DNA of 64,000 nt from Eledone cirrhosa (GCA_964016885.1 OZ024742.1:131440001-131504000); one strand, 5' to 3'. Counted from the stretch's first letter, positions 43,356-57,387 are shown. Notes: generated by a model from the letters alone, not told the origin. A program made the numbers and translations.

Positions 43356-44359
43356 TTAAAACATTCAGAAGATAGAATAAATATAATACTATAACGTCTA
43401 TAAATGTAATACTGTACTGTAAGGCTTAACAGTTGTATAACGTCTATTAATGTAATAGAGTAAGTCCAAACAGGTGTCTAACGTTTCAGGAACCAAACGA
43501 AAGGACGATATTATGCAATGTGTACTTAGTGATTTAAAACGGATGTGTGTGATTTAAGATAAATTAGTCTGACTTGAAGGATATTTTGCTGTTATTTCTA
43601 GAAGGGTGAATGAAAACAACATACACACTCATTAGCTCGTCGCTGTTGTTGTTATTGTTGTTGTTGCTTTTCTTTAGTGCAGGTCAATCTTGATTGAGTG
43701 GACCTATAATCAATACGTGACCATCTCATCATATCTTCAAATGCTACTTCAAGTCATTCGTCTAAAGTATGTACTGTCTTGTTTAAGACAGGAAGTTTGA
43801 GGAGAATTTGACTGCATTTTTTAGCAGAGAAAGTGACTACATAGAGGCTTTCTACATAGAGGCTTTCTTGTACCAATTTGCGCAACTCTGTTTCCGAAAT
43901 CTGATCTATCATTTTCCAGAGACTTACAAGTATTTATATCTATTCCATTTAATACCGTAGCAACCATAATTAAACAAGTTTTATGTATGGTCTTCTCTGC
44001 AATGTATTATATGGTCAACTTGTGGCACACATAATGAAGTGGGTTTAATGCATTTACTATCTGTTGCAAAGGCTATTGCTATTGATTGAAAATGAAAAAT
44101 CCTCGTAAAACATGCAGTTTATTTTAAGGGACCCTGTTTAACAATCACAGTTGAAGGCATTAACCAGATGAGGAAACAACCTATAAAGGAGCCAACGAGG
44201 TAGCTTAACTTCCTATAATAGAAACCAATTGCCCCTCAAATCTCACTTAATCCTCATAAAAATGAAATAAAAACACATTGATTAATGTGATTCTAGATAT
44301 ATAAAGAGGACGGATGGACATGAATAGAATGGTTTACATCATTATATCATGACTTGCGG

Positions 44360-44975
44360 CATGTAGTTACGTCCGAGTTCAAATTCCACCAAGGTTAGCT
44401 TTGTCTTTCATCCTTACGAGGCCGTTAAAATCATGTACCAGTAACTCACTGGAGTCGATTTAATCGACTTACTCCTCCTCCAAATTCTTGGCCTTGCACC
44501 GAAACCAGAAACCATTATATGATCGTGATTGGAAGTAACCACTAAACCATTCAGCATCCATAAATATACTCTAATTAGTTGTTCTTCGACCTTCTGGAAA
44601 TCGCCATAAAAACTAGGTTAACATCTTACAAGAGGAATAGAAATGAGGTATTACATTCTGGAATATGTATGTATGAATGTATGAGTCATAATTCCTGAGG
44701 GAGTCATAGGGGTGCCGCATTGACATACGTCGCATCTAGGGCATGTCTTAAAACCTGGCAGAGTTCATCTCATCTCCAGGTCTGAATGTAGTATATTTCT
44801 TCCAAAGAAAGAAACAGAGTGAGAGAATAGAAGTGATAAATAATAATCAGAAGAATCGACCCCAGTACTAGACTGATACATTTATATCGACGTCGAATAG
44901 ATGGAAGGCAAAGTTAACCTCGGCGAGATTTGAAACAAATACCGCAAAGCATCCTTTCCGACGCGAAACGGAGAG
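44360..44975. mobile_element. Two degenerate SINE family A copies (44360-44520 +, 44850-44975 -)
   Basis: Diverged core matches. Confidence 0.65.
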
Positions 44976-45104
44976 GGGAAATGGTGTGAGCCGAAATGTT
45001 GTGTGTAGAAAAAAAAAGAATTGCCAGTGGAGAAACGACTTTGACGAAGGTGTAATTGAATTGGGATTGACTTGGAACTAAAAGACACCTATATCTGTAT
45101 AACA

Positions 45105-45818
45105 CTAGTTATATTTCCCGCGAATCGGACATATTTTAGTTAAGTGAAATGAGGCCCATGTATTAAAATGTAGAGCCGAAATACATGATGGAATATGGAC
45201 TCATAATTTGTGAGTCATTAGTCTAATCTTGAATTAATTGCAGTGTAATTGTGTCAGTAATCTGGTTATAGTGGTGTTAAGAAAGTGTTGGCAAAGAAAT
45301 AGATGAAATGTATTTTTGCTTAGATTTGTTTCGTTTTCATGAGTTAAATGACTTTTCCACGGTTTAAATGCTGTATCTATTCAGCTACTATGATCATGTT
45401 ATCCCAGTTGACTTCATTTACCCAATTGCTCTCTTTCTTAGCTTTTCGTTCTATCTCTTATCATTGTTCTCGTCTGTTTCTCTTTAAAACACAAACACAG
45501 TGTCGCATATATATTTTCATGCTGGAATAGGAATTTCAATTAACATTTGGAATTCAACTTTTAGATTAAAAAATGGCTGCTTATTTTTCTACAACATCGC
45601 CTACTGTTTTTGGCTGTATGATTCTCCTTCCAACTGAAATATCAAATAAACAACGGGGGAGATGAAGTGGGTAGGGTGGAAACAAAACGATGGCTGCTTC
45701 AAATTTTCTAGTGTTTGTAAAAAAAAATATATAATTTTCAGTTGTTTATTTTTGTATTTCATAAGATTACTTATTTATATATTTTTCGCTTTCTGTTTTC
45801 GAAATAAGATATATAAGA
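45105..45818 (-). mobile_element. Possible degenerate Helitron; far boundary uncertain
   Basis: Minus strand ends gtccgattcgcgggaaatataaCTAG|T. Confidence 0.3.
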
Positions 45819-46539
45819 CAAGATAATTGCTTATTATTTGCATAATGATATCATATATAGTGTTACATGATTTTCATATATAATAGAAGTACAGAAAATC
45901 ATTTATCAAGACAGACGTTATTATTATATGCAAAGCTTGCATTGCGGAACATTCCCAGCATAAGCTCAGCACATGAGATCGCAAATGTTTTGGCCCCTGC
46001 CGGCAACCCCCCCCCCACCCCCAGTGGTATTAGATAGAGAGCAGGATTTCATAATATCAGTTCAATGCTTTGGGTGATTCTTCATTATACTCTCTTTCTT
46101 ACTTCTGTTGTCCACTTTCACTATTTCTCTGGAAAATTCCAATGTATTCTGATTCGTGAATTAACATATATATGGCTGCGTATTCCAAAGACAGTACCAG
46201 AATTGTTTTTAATAAAAGCATGATTTAATAGAAAACTATTGTAATTCTCTTGAAAAATTAGCACTCATGTAAGAAATTCATGTTTTCTAAACTGTTTATA
46301 GCATTCAGGTGTCCAATGCACTGTGCTACAGATAAATAACACCTATATGAACATTATACAAAATAATTTAATTGTGTAAATACCATATAGCTAATTCATG
46401 CATTTAAAGTGAAAATACAAATTTAAATTTACTAATTTGAAACTGATTGAACATGTGTTTAGAGTGAATTAGTTGTTCGAACAACAGAACGAAACCGCAT
46501 GTCTACTTACTTTTGATGCTACACTATCTGTGTATGTGG

Positions 46540-46625
46540 TATATATAAGACTATTCAACAGAATTCGTAATATAATCGGCTTGTCTCTCCACAGCCCCGC
46601 CAGACAGAATAGAGAAGGCGTTTCC
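46540..46625 (-). mobile_element. Short 3'-terminal CRE-like fragment
   Basis: Matches 12237-12327. Confidence 0.72.
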
Positions 46626-47429
46626 AAAGGCATGTGTGTATTTAAGGTAATTCAGAAAATGATTCAGCGTGCCATAACATATTAACAAGGTTAGGCATTC
46701 CAATTACGACGGGCTTCTATACAGTTTCCATGTACTACAGTTCACTCCTATGTCTTGTAAAAGGCCTGCTAAAAACATCTTGTCCAGAATAGGAATGGAC
46801 TCTCATGATTTAGAAGACGAACTTGTAATAACTACACCATGCATGCATCAACACACACATATATACATGCCCAACCGAACCCGTGTTCATACACCTACAT
46901 ATTCAGAAAGGAACTGAGCTTACAAACATAGAAAGACACACGCAGTCACACACACACACTCACCTCCACACACACACAAACACACACATACCCATCACGC
47001 CCCCCCCCACACACATACCCTCCCACACATATATGTATATATATATATATATGAAATCAGACCAAGGAAACAATGTTTCCGTTGGTCTTTCCAATTGCTA
47101 ATGCTATCTATCGGTCGCAACTCGGTCCAGGAATCGAACTCACATTCTCACCATTGCGAATCCGAATCCAATTCTCTAACCACTCAGCCACGTGCCTTCA
47201 AATATATAAATAACGATTGTGTGAATCAAATTAAGCACTCCACGTAGGTACTATGTATTCAACATTGATATGGAATCGCGTCTAACACAGCGGTGTATCG
47301 TTTTATGAATATACGTTACGACAGATTTGTGTATTTTGAAATTATATTTAGAAACATAATTATGCAATTACCTGTCTTCACGGTTATTGGTATATATACG
47401 TATGTCTCAAGAAAAAGACGATTTCATCT

Positions 47430-49990
47430 AGAAGAACATCTTTAAAAGGCTAAGACTGATGCCCAGCATAAATCGCGTTACATACAATAGAATCGGTGAT
47501 CATAAGATCCCTATGATATGCAGATAGTAGGTGACTTAAGGAATTCGACGGAATTCTATAATTTGATGAAACTAGCCTTAAGACCAAGATCTAGTAACAC
47601 TAGATCTAAAGATGGTTCACATTTACTAACAGACATGGATAGCATAGCTATTAGGTGTGTGTATGGTGGTGGTGGTGGTGTGGGGGGGGGGGGGTATTTC
47701 AGTGATATAATTAATAGGCATTCTCAGGTTCATCAACATGTTATCAACAATATTCAACGGAGTACTTTCTCTTAATGACCCTCTTAGCCCTGAAGAACTA
47801 TATATTAGCATAAAGAATATTAACGTAAGGAAAGTTACAGGGAAGGATGAATTGTTTCTCGAACATTTAAGATATGGTGGTGAAAGGCTTGGAAAAATCA
47901 TACATGAACTAATTATGGAAATATGGCGAGAGGGTGAAGAACCAATGGATTGGAAATCTAAATTATAATAAAGTAAGGAGTCCGGGACAGCATCCAGAAT
48001 ATATTTTTTATCCCGTTTGTAAAATAAGTTGGGTTACTTTGAATAAATAATGATGAATATTACATAATTTATCTACTAAATTTTGTGGCTGTTCATTAAA
48101 TATATTTTATTGTTTATTTAAAGATTCCCTTCTTTAACATTTTCAAATGTCAACACTTCCGGTTAGCGATCGCTTAAATAAACATTCATATATTTCCGTC
48201 ACTAATTTTCTCTTAATGTAGTTTATATATAATAACGTATTTTTTTAATGCACCCTAAATTACGTTACTGATTACATAAGAGAGTGTAACGCAGTCTTCG
48301 TTCAATTTATGTGTACATTGTCAATTACCATTTTATTTGATGTATCATATCTACATGCATATATGCTTGCGTATAATATCAATATGCACACCACATAGGT
48401 TAGCAGAAAACCACCCGAAGGGTTTTTTTTCTGCTAGTATGCAATAATGATTCCTTTTTACATGACAAAAGGCCAGCAGGAAATATGAAGAAATTATAGT
48501 GGAATAGTTCCCTCTCTCGCTGGGAAAAGTCTTTCATCACTCAAGCTTTCAAGACTAAATAGTAATATATCAAACCTCATCTTACCAGAATCACATCGTG
48601 GCTTTCGACCCTAAAGAAATGCATTTGATATAATCTTTGCAATACGTCATATTCAAAAGTGTTACGAACAACATTAGAGCCTGCATCAGGTATTTGTGGA
48701 TTTAACAAAAGCATTTGTTACATTGAACAGAGCTGCTCTGTGAGAGATCGTAATCAAATATGTTGATTGAGACGCGGAGACCTGGTTAAATATTGGTAGT
48801 ATCATTTCAGAGCCAGTCAAATTAAAAAAAACAAGGTCTTAAAAAGGGGGATATCATGACTTACTCTTTTCTTTATCTATTTCTCTGTCCCTAAAATCAC
48901 TGATGGCATTTTCATCGGGCAAAGCATTTCAACATCAGGCGTTTGCTGCAATGTCTAAAGTCTCCCAAACTCTCATTCTCGATCTTCTTTACGATGACGA
49001 CAACGATATAGTTGCCCATTCACTCACAGATTTGCAAAACATAATAAATAGACTATCTTGTTCATGTAATATTTTTGGATTAATTATTAGCCACGATTAA
49101 AATGTAGTCATGTTTCAAACAGCTCCATGATCAACTTATATAGAATCATCTATTCACATAAATGGAGAAAAATGCAATGCAGTTCATAAGTATCAATATC
49201 TCGGAAATACAATTAACCAGCATTGCACATTAGATGATGAAATATCCTCCCGTCTCAAAAAGCAGTCGATTCTTGCGCATGTCTTACGGTACATATTTGG
49301 AGACAGAATAGAATTAGAAAAGAAACAAAATTGCAGTGTATAATGCTTCTGTTCTATCTATTCTCTTACATTCCTGTGAGACCTGGGTTGTCTATCGTAG
49401 GGATACTAAACTCCTTGAATAATTTCACCAGCGTTGCTTGCGTGACATTCTTGGAGTTTACTGGAGTACACACGCAGCAGACACTGAGATATTACAGAAT
49501 GCAGGAGCAGTCAGCATTGAGGTTCACATTCACAGGCACCAACCCCTATAGATAGGCCACGTTGTTATATCTGAGTAGGTGAATTCCAGAGTAAGCCCTT
49601 TATGGCGAGTTAATACATGTCACAAGAACACAACACAAACCCAAACCATGTTTCAAGTATTCTGTGAAAAATTCCTCATCCCAGTGCAAAAGTGACCCCT
49701 CTCGCTGGGAAGTCATTGTATGGAATAGAAAGAAATGGCGCACCGCTATATCTAATGGAGTAAAACTTTTTCAAGAATCCGTTTGTATGCAATGTATGTG
49801 GCCGAATATGACTGTCAAAGCCTGGCCTTACAAATCACTTGCGTAAGGACACACGCATACCGTGGGTCGAATACGACGAATTCCTTGCTGCCAATGTGAC
49901 ATGTGGTACACGTGGCAGAGGATTTCCGAATAGGCTACGACTTACAAGTTATTCAAAAGTATATAATCGTGGTCCGGGTCACAATGAAGC
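47430..49990 (+). mobile_element. Degenerate RTE (BovB-like) LINE interrupted by a Helitron
   Basis: GKDEL..E..RYGG, PESHRGFRP, VFVDLTKAF, LLYDDD, QRCLRDILG, LYGEL; many stops. Confidence 0.88.
47957..48437 (+). mobile_element. Non-autonomous Helitron (family H1)
   Basis: A|TC...hairpin...CTAG|T; excising it restores RTE frame DWK-YAIMIP with no TSD. Confidence 0.88.
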
Positions 49991-50122
49991 ACTGACTGAT
50001 GGACGGAGTGAATAGTAATGCATTTTATGCCAAAATTATGCAGGGTACACATCACTAAAAGAGATATCTTATTTGTCAGTGATAGTTTTACTCAACTAAC
50101 GAGTTGACGTCCATTATGTGGA

Positions 50123-50278
50123 TTGGCAGTATCGGTAGAGGGTCGGACCCCATGCTTTCCAGCATAGTTATGTCCCTTTAGGGTCTGAGTTCAAATCCCG
50201 CCGAGGGATCGATAAAATAAAGTACCAGTAATGCACTGGTTAATTGCTGGCCTTGTGCCTAAAAGTAGAAACAATTAT
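50123..50278 (+). mobile_element. SINE family A with internal deletion
   Basis: Consensus match. Confidence 0.85.
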
Positions 50279-50939
50279 GTATGTATATACATATATCCAT
50301 CTATCCATCCCTCCATCGATCCAGACACACAGGACGTCAGAAGATATTTCCGTGACACACAAAGATGAACAATCTTTATATTTAAATCACTAATCATAAA
50401 ATCAGCATATTTCACTCTCAAACACTTACTGGTACATTAACCCGGGACCCCACGACTGTTAAACCGACACTATAGCCACCCTATCATGCCTACGTACTCC
50501 CACGTGCATATAAATAATGTGTCTTTTGAAAAAATCCATTACATCTACAGATGAATGATGTTTTACGTCGGAATCATTGATCATTATCTTTATATATCTA
50601 TCAATCTTACTCTCACAAACTTTATGACACTGTAACACAGGTGGATCTCAATATCCAGACGTATAATTCGTAGATGACCTACATGTACAGGTAAATTGAA
50701 CTGAACAACAAAATGACAAAGTATTTAGAGTGGGATTAATACTGCCTTAATATTAGCTTTGGTTCGAGGTGAATACTGCAGTCCATCCTTTCAAGGTTCC
50801 TAAATCAAGTACCAGTCTCTTACTGGGGTGAAATGTTCCTCTATCATTTTTATCTCTCTCTCTCTCTCTTTCTCTTTCTCTGAAATAAATCAGTTGTGTT
50901 TTAATATGCGAAACTAAGTATGACTGGATAGAATTCACA

Positions 50940-51070
50940 GGCAAAACCAACAGACAGGAGATTCAGGTGTAGACCCAGAGCAAGATGGCTGGTCTCGCCT
51001 AAAGATCCAGCCGGATCAGTTGGAGAGGGTTGCTTCTGACAGGACCCATTGGGCAGCGTGTTCGATACTT
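50940..51070 (+). mobile_element. 3' end of RTE-type LINE related to 60660-60715
   Basis: cagccggatcagttggagagggttgcttctgacaggacccattgg matches reverse complement at 60669-60713. Confidence 0.65.
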
Positions 51071-51616
51071 TCAAATGTCCCAAAATACGCCGTATGTCAG
51101 GATGGCAGCACTACAACGCCATCAAGAGATAAGGACTCTATGATTTTGAAATATATGTGAAAAACCCTTTACGTCTACTATAAAAGACGTACTGATGGTG
51201 TCTCTATATAGATCTGCGTTTCTTTGTTCAATCTTTTTACTTCTCCTATGATACGCACATAATTTACCAGAATTATATTTTTGTTGTTATTTCTCTTTTT
51301 CTCAGTTATACTGACCTCTCAGGCAGAAAAGAACAGACTGTCCTTCTGGCATAAATTACCAATTTTCAGACTATGGTACTTAAGCAATTCTCATGTGTAC
51401 CAAAAGATTTATATATATATATATAACGAGAGAGAGAGAGGGGGTGGGAGAAAAATAGGAGAGAGGGAAGAACAAGAGGATACAGGAGGAAAAGAGGAGA
51501 GAGGAGAAAAAAAGGAGAGAGGAGAAAGTAAAAAGGAGAGTAATAGTGAAATATAGAGATTAATAAGAATCTTCTAACTAAATAACACTAAAGAACAGAT
51601 AGAATCTTTGGACACT

Positions 51617-51703
<87 letters not shown>
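51617..51703. repeat. (CTA)n microsatellite
   Basis: Direct inspection. Confidence 0.95.
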
Positions 51704-52323
51704 GCAACACTATAGAACGTACTGGTAGAAGTTTTTACTTCTATATGAATTGTTAAATGTAAGAGTTGTTGAGAAAATGACTAAATCTTTTCAAGAAATC
51801 CACAGCTGTGATTATCTATTATTACAAGTGTTCCAAAGATATTAGGGGCATATAGCCGCTAAGTATTTCTATACACACGCATACACTTAACCCCATATAA
51901 ATATATATATATATAAGTACATGTGTGCGTGTGTGTGAGTGTATGCAAGAGGAAAACAGAAATAAAAAGTAAACGACAGAGTACAATGAAGAAATATATT
52001 ATTAGTTTTACGCTTGATGTAGGAGGAAAAACGTCTTAACTATACGGACCCTAGTTCTTCATCAGTTGTAAGAATGAAAAATTAAAAAGAAGAAATAGAA
52101 ATATATATATATATATATGCAAAAGTTTTATTTAAGATTGTTGGGTTACAACGAGTAAATATTTTATAACTGATATAAAAGCACTCGACAGTTTCTGGAG
52201 TAGGTTTACGATATTAAACAAATGGAAACTATATTTATAAAACCATATTTATTTCGTTATATATAACTTTTGCATATATTTTGCTCCAATACCGTTGAGC
52301 GCTTTATATTATAACTGAAAAAA

Positions 52324-54537
52324 ATGGAATTCTTTAAGATCTCTTCTTCTCTAAAAGACATACCTCTACCTAGAAACAAGGACTTTATTAAACAACTAAT
52401 AGATAAATCAGACTCCTTTATAAGGAGAATCAGGTGGCGTGCATTCCACTTTGATAAATCTAAATCTAACGTAAATGAAAATGCCTCAGACCTAGACAGA
52501 GTCTTCAAATCTAAAAAAAATCCACCCCCCAACAAACTTTTGAATGATTTTGAAAACGATATAATTTCTATCATACAAGGAGTCAGATTCAAGAGAAGCT
52601 TCAATGGCCAGGAATATCTGAAAAGCATTAAGGATAACATTGCGAGCTTAGAGAGAACAGAGAAGATCTTGGTGAAATCGGACAAAACCAACAACCTCTA
52701 TGGAGTGGAAAAAGACATGTATAATGGCCTCATACTGAAAGAACTAAGGAAAAAGTACAAGGTAGCAGATAAGGCTGAACTTGAGCGAATGTTGAGGCAT
52801 CATGTATAATGCATGAGTTGGAAATTGAGAACAAAACACAACCTTTCGTGCCTAGGAAACCCAAGATCAATATGAAAGATCACAAGAGAAATTTTGAAAA
52901 TGACTTGCCAGTCAGGTTGATTGCACCATCAAAATCTGACCTGGGTAAACTTAGCAAGAACATTCTAGACAGAGTGATACAGAAAATTAAGGACTTGAAT
53001 TGTTTACCTGGCTTGACCTTGTGGAAGGGTACTGGGGAGGTCATTGAGTGGTTTAATGAAATTAAATATAACAATAATAATAAATTTATTCAACTAGATA
53101 TTGATAACTACTATTCATCCATTACCCCTAATCTACTTAATAAGGCACTAAATTACGCATTCAAGCATACAGACCTAACTAGCAATGAAATGCACATTAT
53201 ATTATCGGCAAGAAAAACTTTGATAGAATTTAATAACCAACTATGGACTAGAGCAGATAGAGATAATAATTTTGACATTACTATGGGATCATCAGACTCA
53301 GCTCAGGTAACGGACCTTGTGGGCCTATTTATAATTAATTCGCTGCATAGGAAAATACCCGGTGTTACCGGAGGTTTATATAGAGATGACATGCTTTTAC
53401 TTATTGAAAATAATAACTCTGAACTAAATAAGAAAAGAAAACAAATTATACAATTTTTTAATTACCTTAATCTAAAAATAGAAATTGAGAATAACCATAG
53501 AATAGTCAATTTCCTAGACGTAACATTTAATCTCAACACATGTCTTCACTATCCATTTCACAAGTTAAATGAAAACTTGAATTATGTCAATTTTAGCTCC
53601 AAACACCCCAGATCTGTCAAAAATACTATAGTAAACTCTGTTCAAAAACGTATCTCTAGAATCTCTTCCAATAAAAATATTTTTGACGAAAAAGCCCAAT
53701 ATTATAATGATGCTTTAGCTAGAGCAGGATATAGTGATAAAATTATGTACATCGATAATAGACAAACTAACCAAAATAACAACAATTTTAATTACAGTAA
53801 CAACTTTAACAACTATAATAGAAAGCACTACAATAATTTCAAAAATCAGAAAAGAAATAGAACTAGAAATATAATATGGTTTGCCCCCCCCCCCCCTTTC
53901 TCACTAAACATTAAAACCCACATCGCTAAACTATTTTTTAATGCTCTTGACAAACGCTTCCCTAGAACACATAAGTATCACTCAATTTTTAATAGACATA
54001 CTATAAAATTAACGTACTCGTCCACCAAAAATTTAGCACAAAATATTAATAGAATAAATAATAGGAATCTAAAACCTAGCCAAAATACCGAAAATAGCCT
54101 AAACAATATTCAACTAAAAAACTGTAACTGTAGAGATAGATCTAAATGTCCGCTAAATAACAATTGCTTAGTTAAAAATATAATATACAACTGTAATGTT
54201 AGAACTGATTTAAATTCTTTTAATTATGTTGGTTCCACCTCGACAGAATTTAAACTTCGCTATAATAATCACAAAAATTATTTCACGGATCCAAATAAAA
54301 AATCATCAACATCGCTGTCAGGGCTTCTCTGGCAACTTAAGCATGATAAAGTTGGATATTCGATGGTTTGGAATATAGTCTCAAAAGGGATTCCTTTAAT
54401 TCCTCTTCTGAGACTTGTGACCTCTGCGCAGAGGAGATATTCTTTATATTATAATCTAAAAATTCCCTTAATTTACGAACCAATTTATTCAGCTGTTGCA
54501 GACATAGATTGAACTCAACATTTAAATATAAATATAA
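52324..54537 (+). pseudogene. Penelope RT/GIY-YIG polyprotein, frameshifted near 52790 and 54395
   Basis: SLKDIPLP, RRIRWRA, SDKT, QLDIDNYYSSI, TMGS, GLYRDD, NFLDVTF, CNCR..CPLNNNC, NIIY..YVGST..FKLRYNNH; shifted tail TCDLCAEE..CCRHR. Confidence 0.92.
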
Positions 54538-55792
54538 ATTTAAAATGTAGTATAAAATGTAGTATATTTACTTAAGATATTTGACTATTTGTGATACTTG
54601 GCGATAAATCTTTCGATTCCTTTAATTTTTTTTAAAACCTTTCCGCATGAATATATAATTAATGAGATTAAATAAACTACCCTAAAATTGGCGTTGGTCC
54701 CAATCTTTTGAATACATTTTTAAGCTGGATAAACTTCTATAATAGATATAAGAGCATTTGTAGAATAAGTTTTGAATGATTTCTGATAAATAAGGCTTGG
54801 TGAGCAATTTTGGTCCTGTTTGCTTTGACTCTGATTCTATGACCAATATGCGTGGCATACTATGTTCTCTTGCGTCCCTAGATACTCTGTGGAGTGACGA
54901 AGATATTCTTGGCGTTTTTAATTTTTAATTTTAATATTGATATCTGTTGTCTACTCTATGCTTGATCGATGATTGTTTTAGATGTTAATGTATATCTTAT
55001 ATGTTTTGTGTCTATATATATGTATATATGTATGTAAATGTATGTAGGGTGGAATCTCTTCGAACGCATTGAAGTTTTTATTTTCTGACACATTGAAGTT
55101 TTTCATGAAATATAAGAATCAGTGCAGCGTATCACCTAGGTTCACATGTGCGTCTTTATTTATCAACTTGAATTTGAGATAACCTTCTCTTTTCTCATTT
55201 TTCACGAGAATGCATATATACTTATGTTTGAAGTTTTGTCTCAGATTTTGCTTATATACCTAAGAATTTTTAAACTGAGCATGTGGTCATTTTTTACACA
55301 TTATAGATATGTGTCTCATTCATGAATACTGGTATTTACATTATAGTGCTTAATTCATAAAAATTGATAATTCAAATGGATGAGACATAATATATTATTT
55401 TTAATATATTTTAAATATATCATCTTTCTTTCTTTTTCCCATATACACTAATCTAACTGTATCCCTTCCCTTAACCTCTCACATATACGATGATCATCTG
55501 TCAAAATGCAGCCTACTATGTTTTTTTTTTCACCATCAATGTATTTCTCTCTATCCTTGTCTCTCTATCTCGCTCCGTTGTTTTTCTTTACATACATCTC
55601 TTTTCTCTTTGCATACATCTCTTCATCTTCTTCTTTTTTATTTACATACATCTCTTCACCTTCTTCTTCTCATCTTCGTTTTCTTTCTATATAACTATCA
55701 TAACAGTTTCACTACCAAATCAACTTTTTTAAAAGGAAGTTGCATTCTCAAAAGGTATGTCACTAATTATTTATAAAACAGCTTATGTATTG

Positions 55793-55858
55793 TATTTTGT
55801 CTGAGGAAGGCATAACATATTTTTAATATGATATCCCAGAAATATATATAACGAAATA
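55793..55858 (+). ncRNA. Type I hammerhead ribozyme motif of the Penelope pseudo-LTR
   Basis: Stem I tattttgt/acgaaata; CTGAGGA; imperfect stem II with catatt/aatatg; GAAA-tatata-TA; predicted cut after 55850. Confidence 0.8.
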
Positions 55859-56020
55859 AATATGGTTTTATAAATATAGTTTCCATTTGTTTAATATCGT
55901 GTATATATATATATATATATATATATAAATTTCGTATCTCCAAAAGAAATACGGTTTTAGGAAGCAAACACCGGGGGGCTAACACCCTCTGGTGATGTCC
56001 AGCAGAAGCAAGGGGGACAA

Positions 56021-56062
56021 CCGTCTATGCATTTCAGGCTTAACTGGCCTTCGTCAGGACGG
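56021..56062 (-). ncRNA. Minimal type I hammerhead ribozyme motif
   Basis: ccgtc CTGACGA aggc cagttaa gcct GAAA tgca TA gacgg; palindromic ATGCAT. Confidence 0.88.
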
Positions 56063-56370
56063 CCCCTCCCACCGCTTGCGAGAGCTGGACTAGAAGACTA
56101 GAGAATATATACTTTTCTCGTCTGTGTAAATGAGGTGATTAATCTCATTTGCATATGAAGCTGCACAACTTATAAAGAAATGAAGCTGCACAACTTATAA
56201 ATAAATAGGATTTCGCTTCAATCATAACTTTCTACATTATGTATAAATATTTTGTATCTCAACTTGTGCAGCTTCATATGCAAATGAGATTAATCACCCC
56301 ATTTACACAGACGAGAAAAGTATATATTCTCGGCTGTCTTCTAGTGCAGCAGTCGCGAGCGGTGGGAGGG

Positions 56371-56414
56371 ACCGTCCTGACGAAGGCCAGTTAAGCCTGA
56401 AATACATAGACGGT
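56371..56414 (+). ncRNA. Minimal hammerhead, mirror copy with non-palindromic loop III (taca)
   Basis: accgtc CTGACGA aggc cagttaa gcct GAAA taca TA gacggt. Confidence 0.75.
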
Positions 56415-56530
56415 TGTCCCCCTTGCTTCTGCTGGACATCACCAGAGGGCGTTACCCCCCCCCCCCCGGTGTTTGTATAGCTACGGCTTCCTAAAACCGT
56501 ATTTCTTTGGAGATACGAAATATTTATACA

Positions 56531-57348
56531 TCTATATATATAAAACTGTGGTTGTCTGTCTGTCTATCGATTTTTGGCACACATCTCCTCTTAGAATCTC
56601 TCACGGAATTGCACCGAAATCGCTAGACTTGTACATTGAGCCCTAGCGAAGACATCGGAAAAAAAAATTTCAAATTGACCCACCCTATCTGACGAAATCG
56701 AATATAATGTATCGATTTTTGAGCGTAAGTTATCAGTTATTTCCCTTTGTTCTGTTTACATTGAGCGTCTTACGTAAAAAATTACGCTGGCTTTCTCAGC
56801 GTTTAAAATGACATTAACACAATACACGAACGAACAGTTGTCGAGCCAGCAAAATATTGACCTGCAAAATTCATCAGTTCGAACACTAAGCTTCCGTTTT
56901 GCTTCATTTCCATTTAAAAGCATTTTAAAACAATATTTTTACTTGAAAACGAGTCTATTTAAAGACTACGTAAAACAAGCAAATATTTCAGGCGTGCAGA
57001 CAGACGGTCGTGCAGAGAGGTGATATAGGCGTGCAGACAGACATAACTGATAATTTGGTTACGCTAATGTTTTTCTCTGCGTTGCAGTGTTTACATTTTC
57101 GATCTTTGTTAATAAATAACCAGTGCAGTTTTTATTCCCAGCATCCTCTTTTGTTATAACATTCGGGTTATCGTTATGTTTTCTTAACTTCATAAGGCAT
57201 ATTGTTGGTTGAGGGAATATTAATCAAAAACACCACATGCAAGCCTGCACAGTAGACACTACAGTTTTTAAGCCAAAAAAGAAACTTAACATTGTAACTT
57301 TAACACAGCTACTGAGCGACCCCGAGCAACGCCGGGCTTTACTGCTAG
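56531..57348 (+). mobile_element. Non-autonomous Helitron (family H2)
   Basis: A|TCtatatatataaaactg..(gtct)n start; cccgagcaacgccggg hairpin 8 nt before CTAG|T. Confidence 0.88.
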
Positions 57349-57387
57349 TATTGTATAAAGCTATGCTTGAAGCGAAATCATGCTATT

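Larger units (their letters stand above)
52113..55900 (+). mobile_element. Apparently full-length Penelope-like element (Naiad-like) with inverted 5' pseudo-LTR, in (TA)n
   Basis: 52208-52265 is the exact reverse complement of 55843-55900; RT + GIY-YIG ORF; hammerhead in 3' terminus; (TA)n on both sides. Confidence 0.93.
55929..56521. repeat. Fold-back element with ~245-bp arms, each with a hammerhead
   Basis: 55929-56172 versus ~56260-56521; spacer repeats atgaagctgcacaacttataaa. Confidence 0.93.

Noticed and set aside
54120-54537. Selenoprotein-type Naiad element
   Set aside because: Conserved cysteines are TGT/TGC and there is no in-frame TGA at those positions
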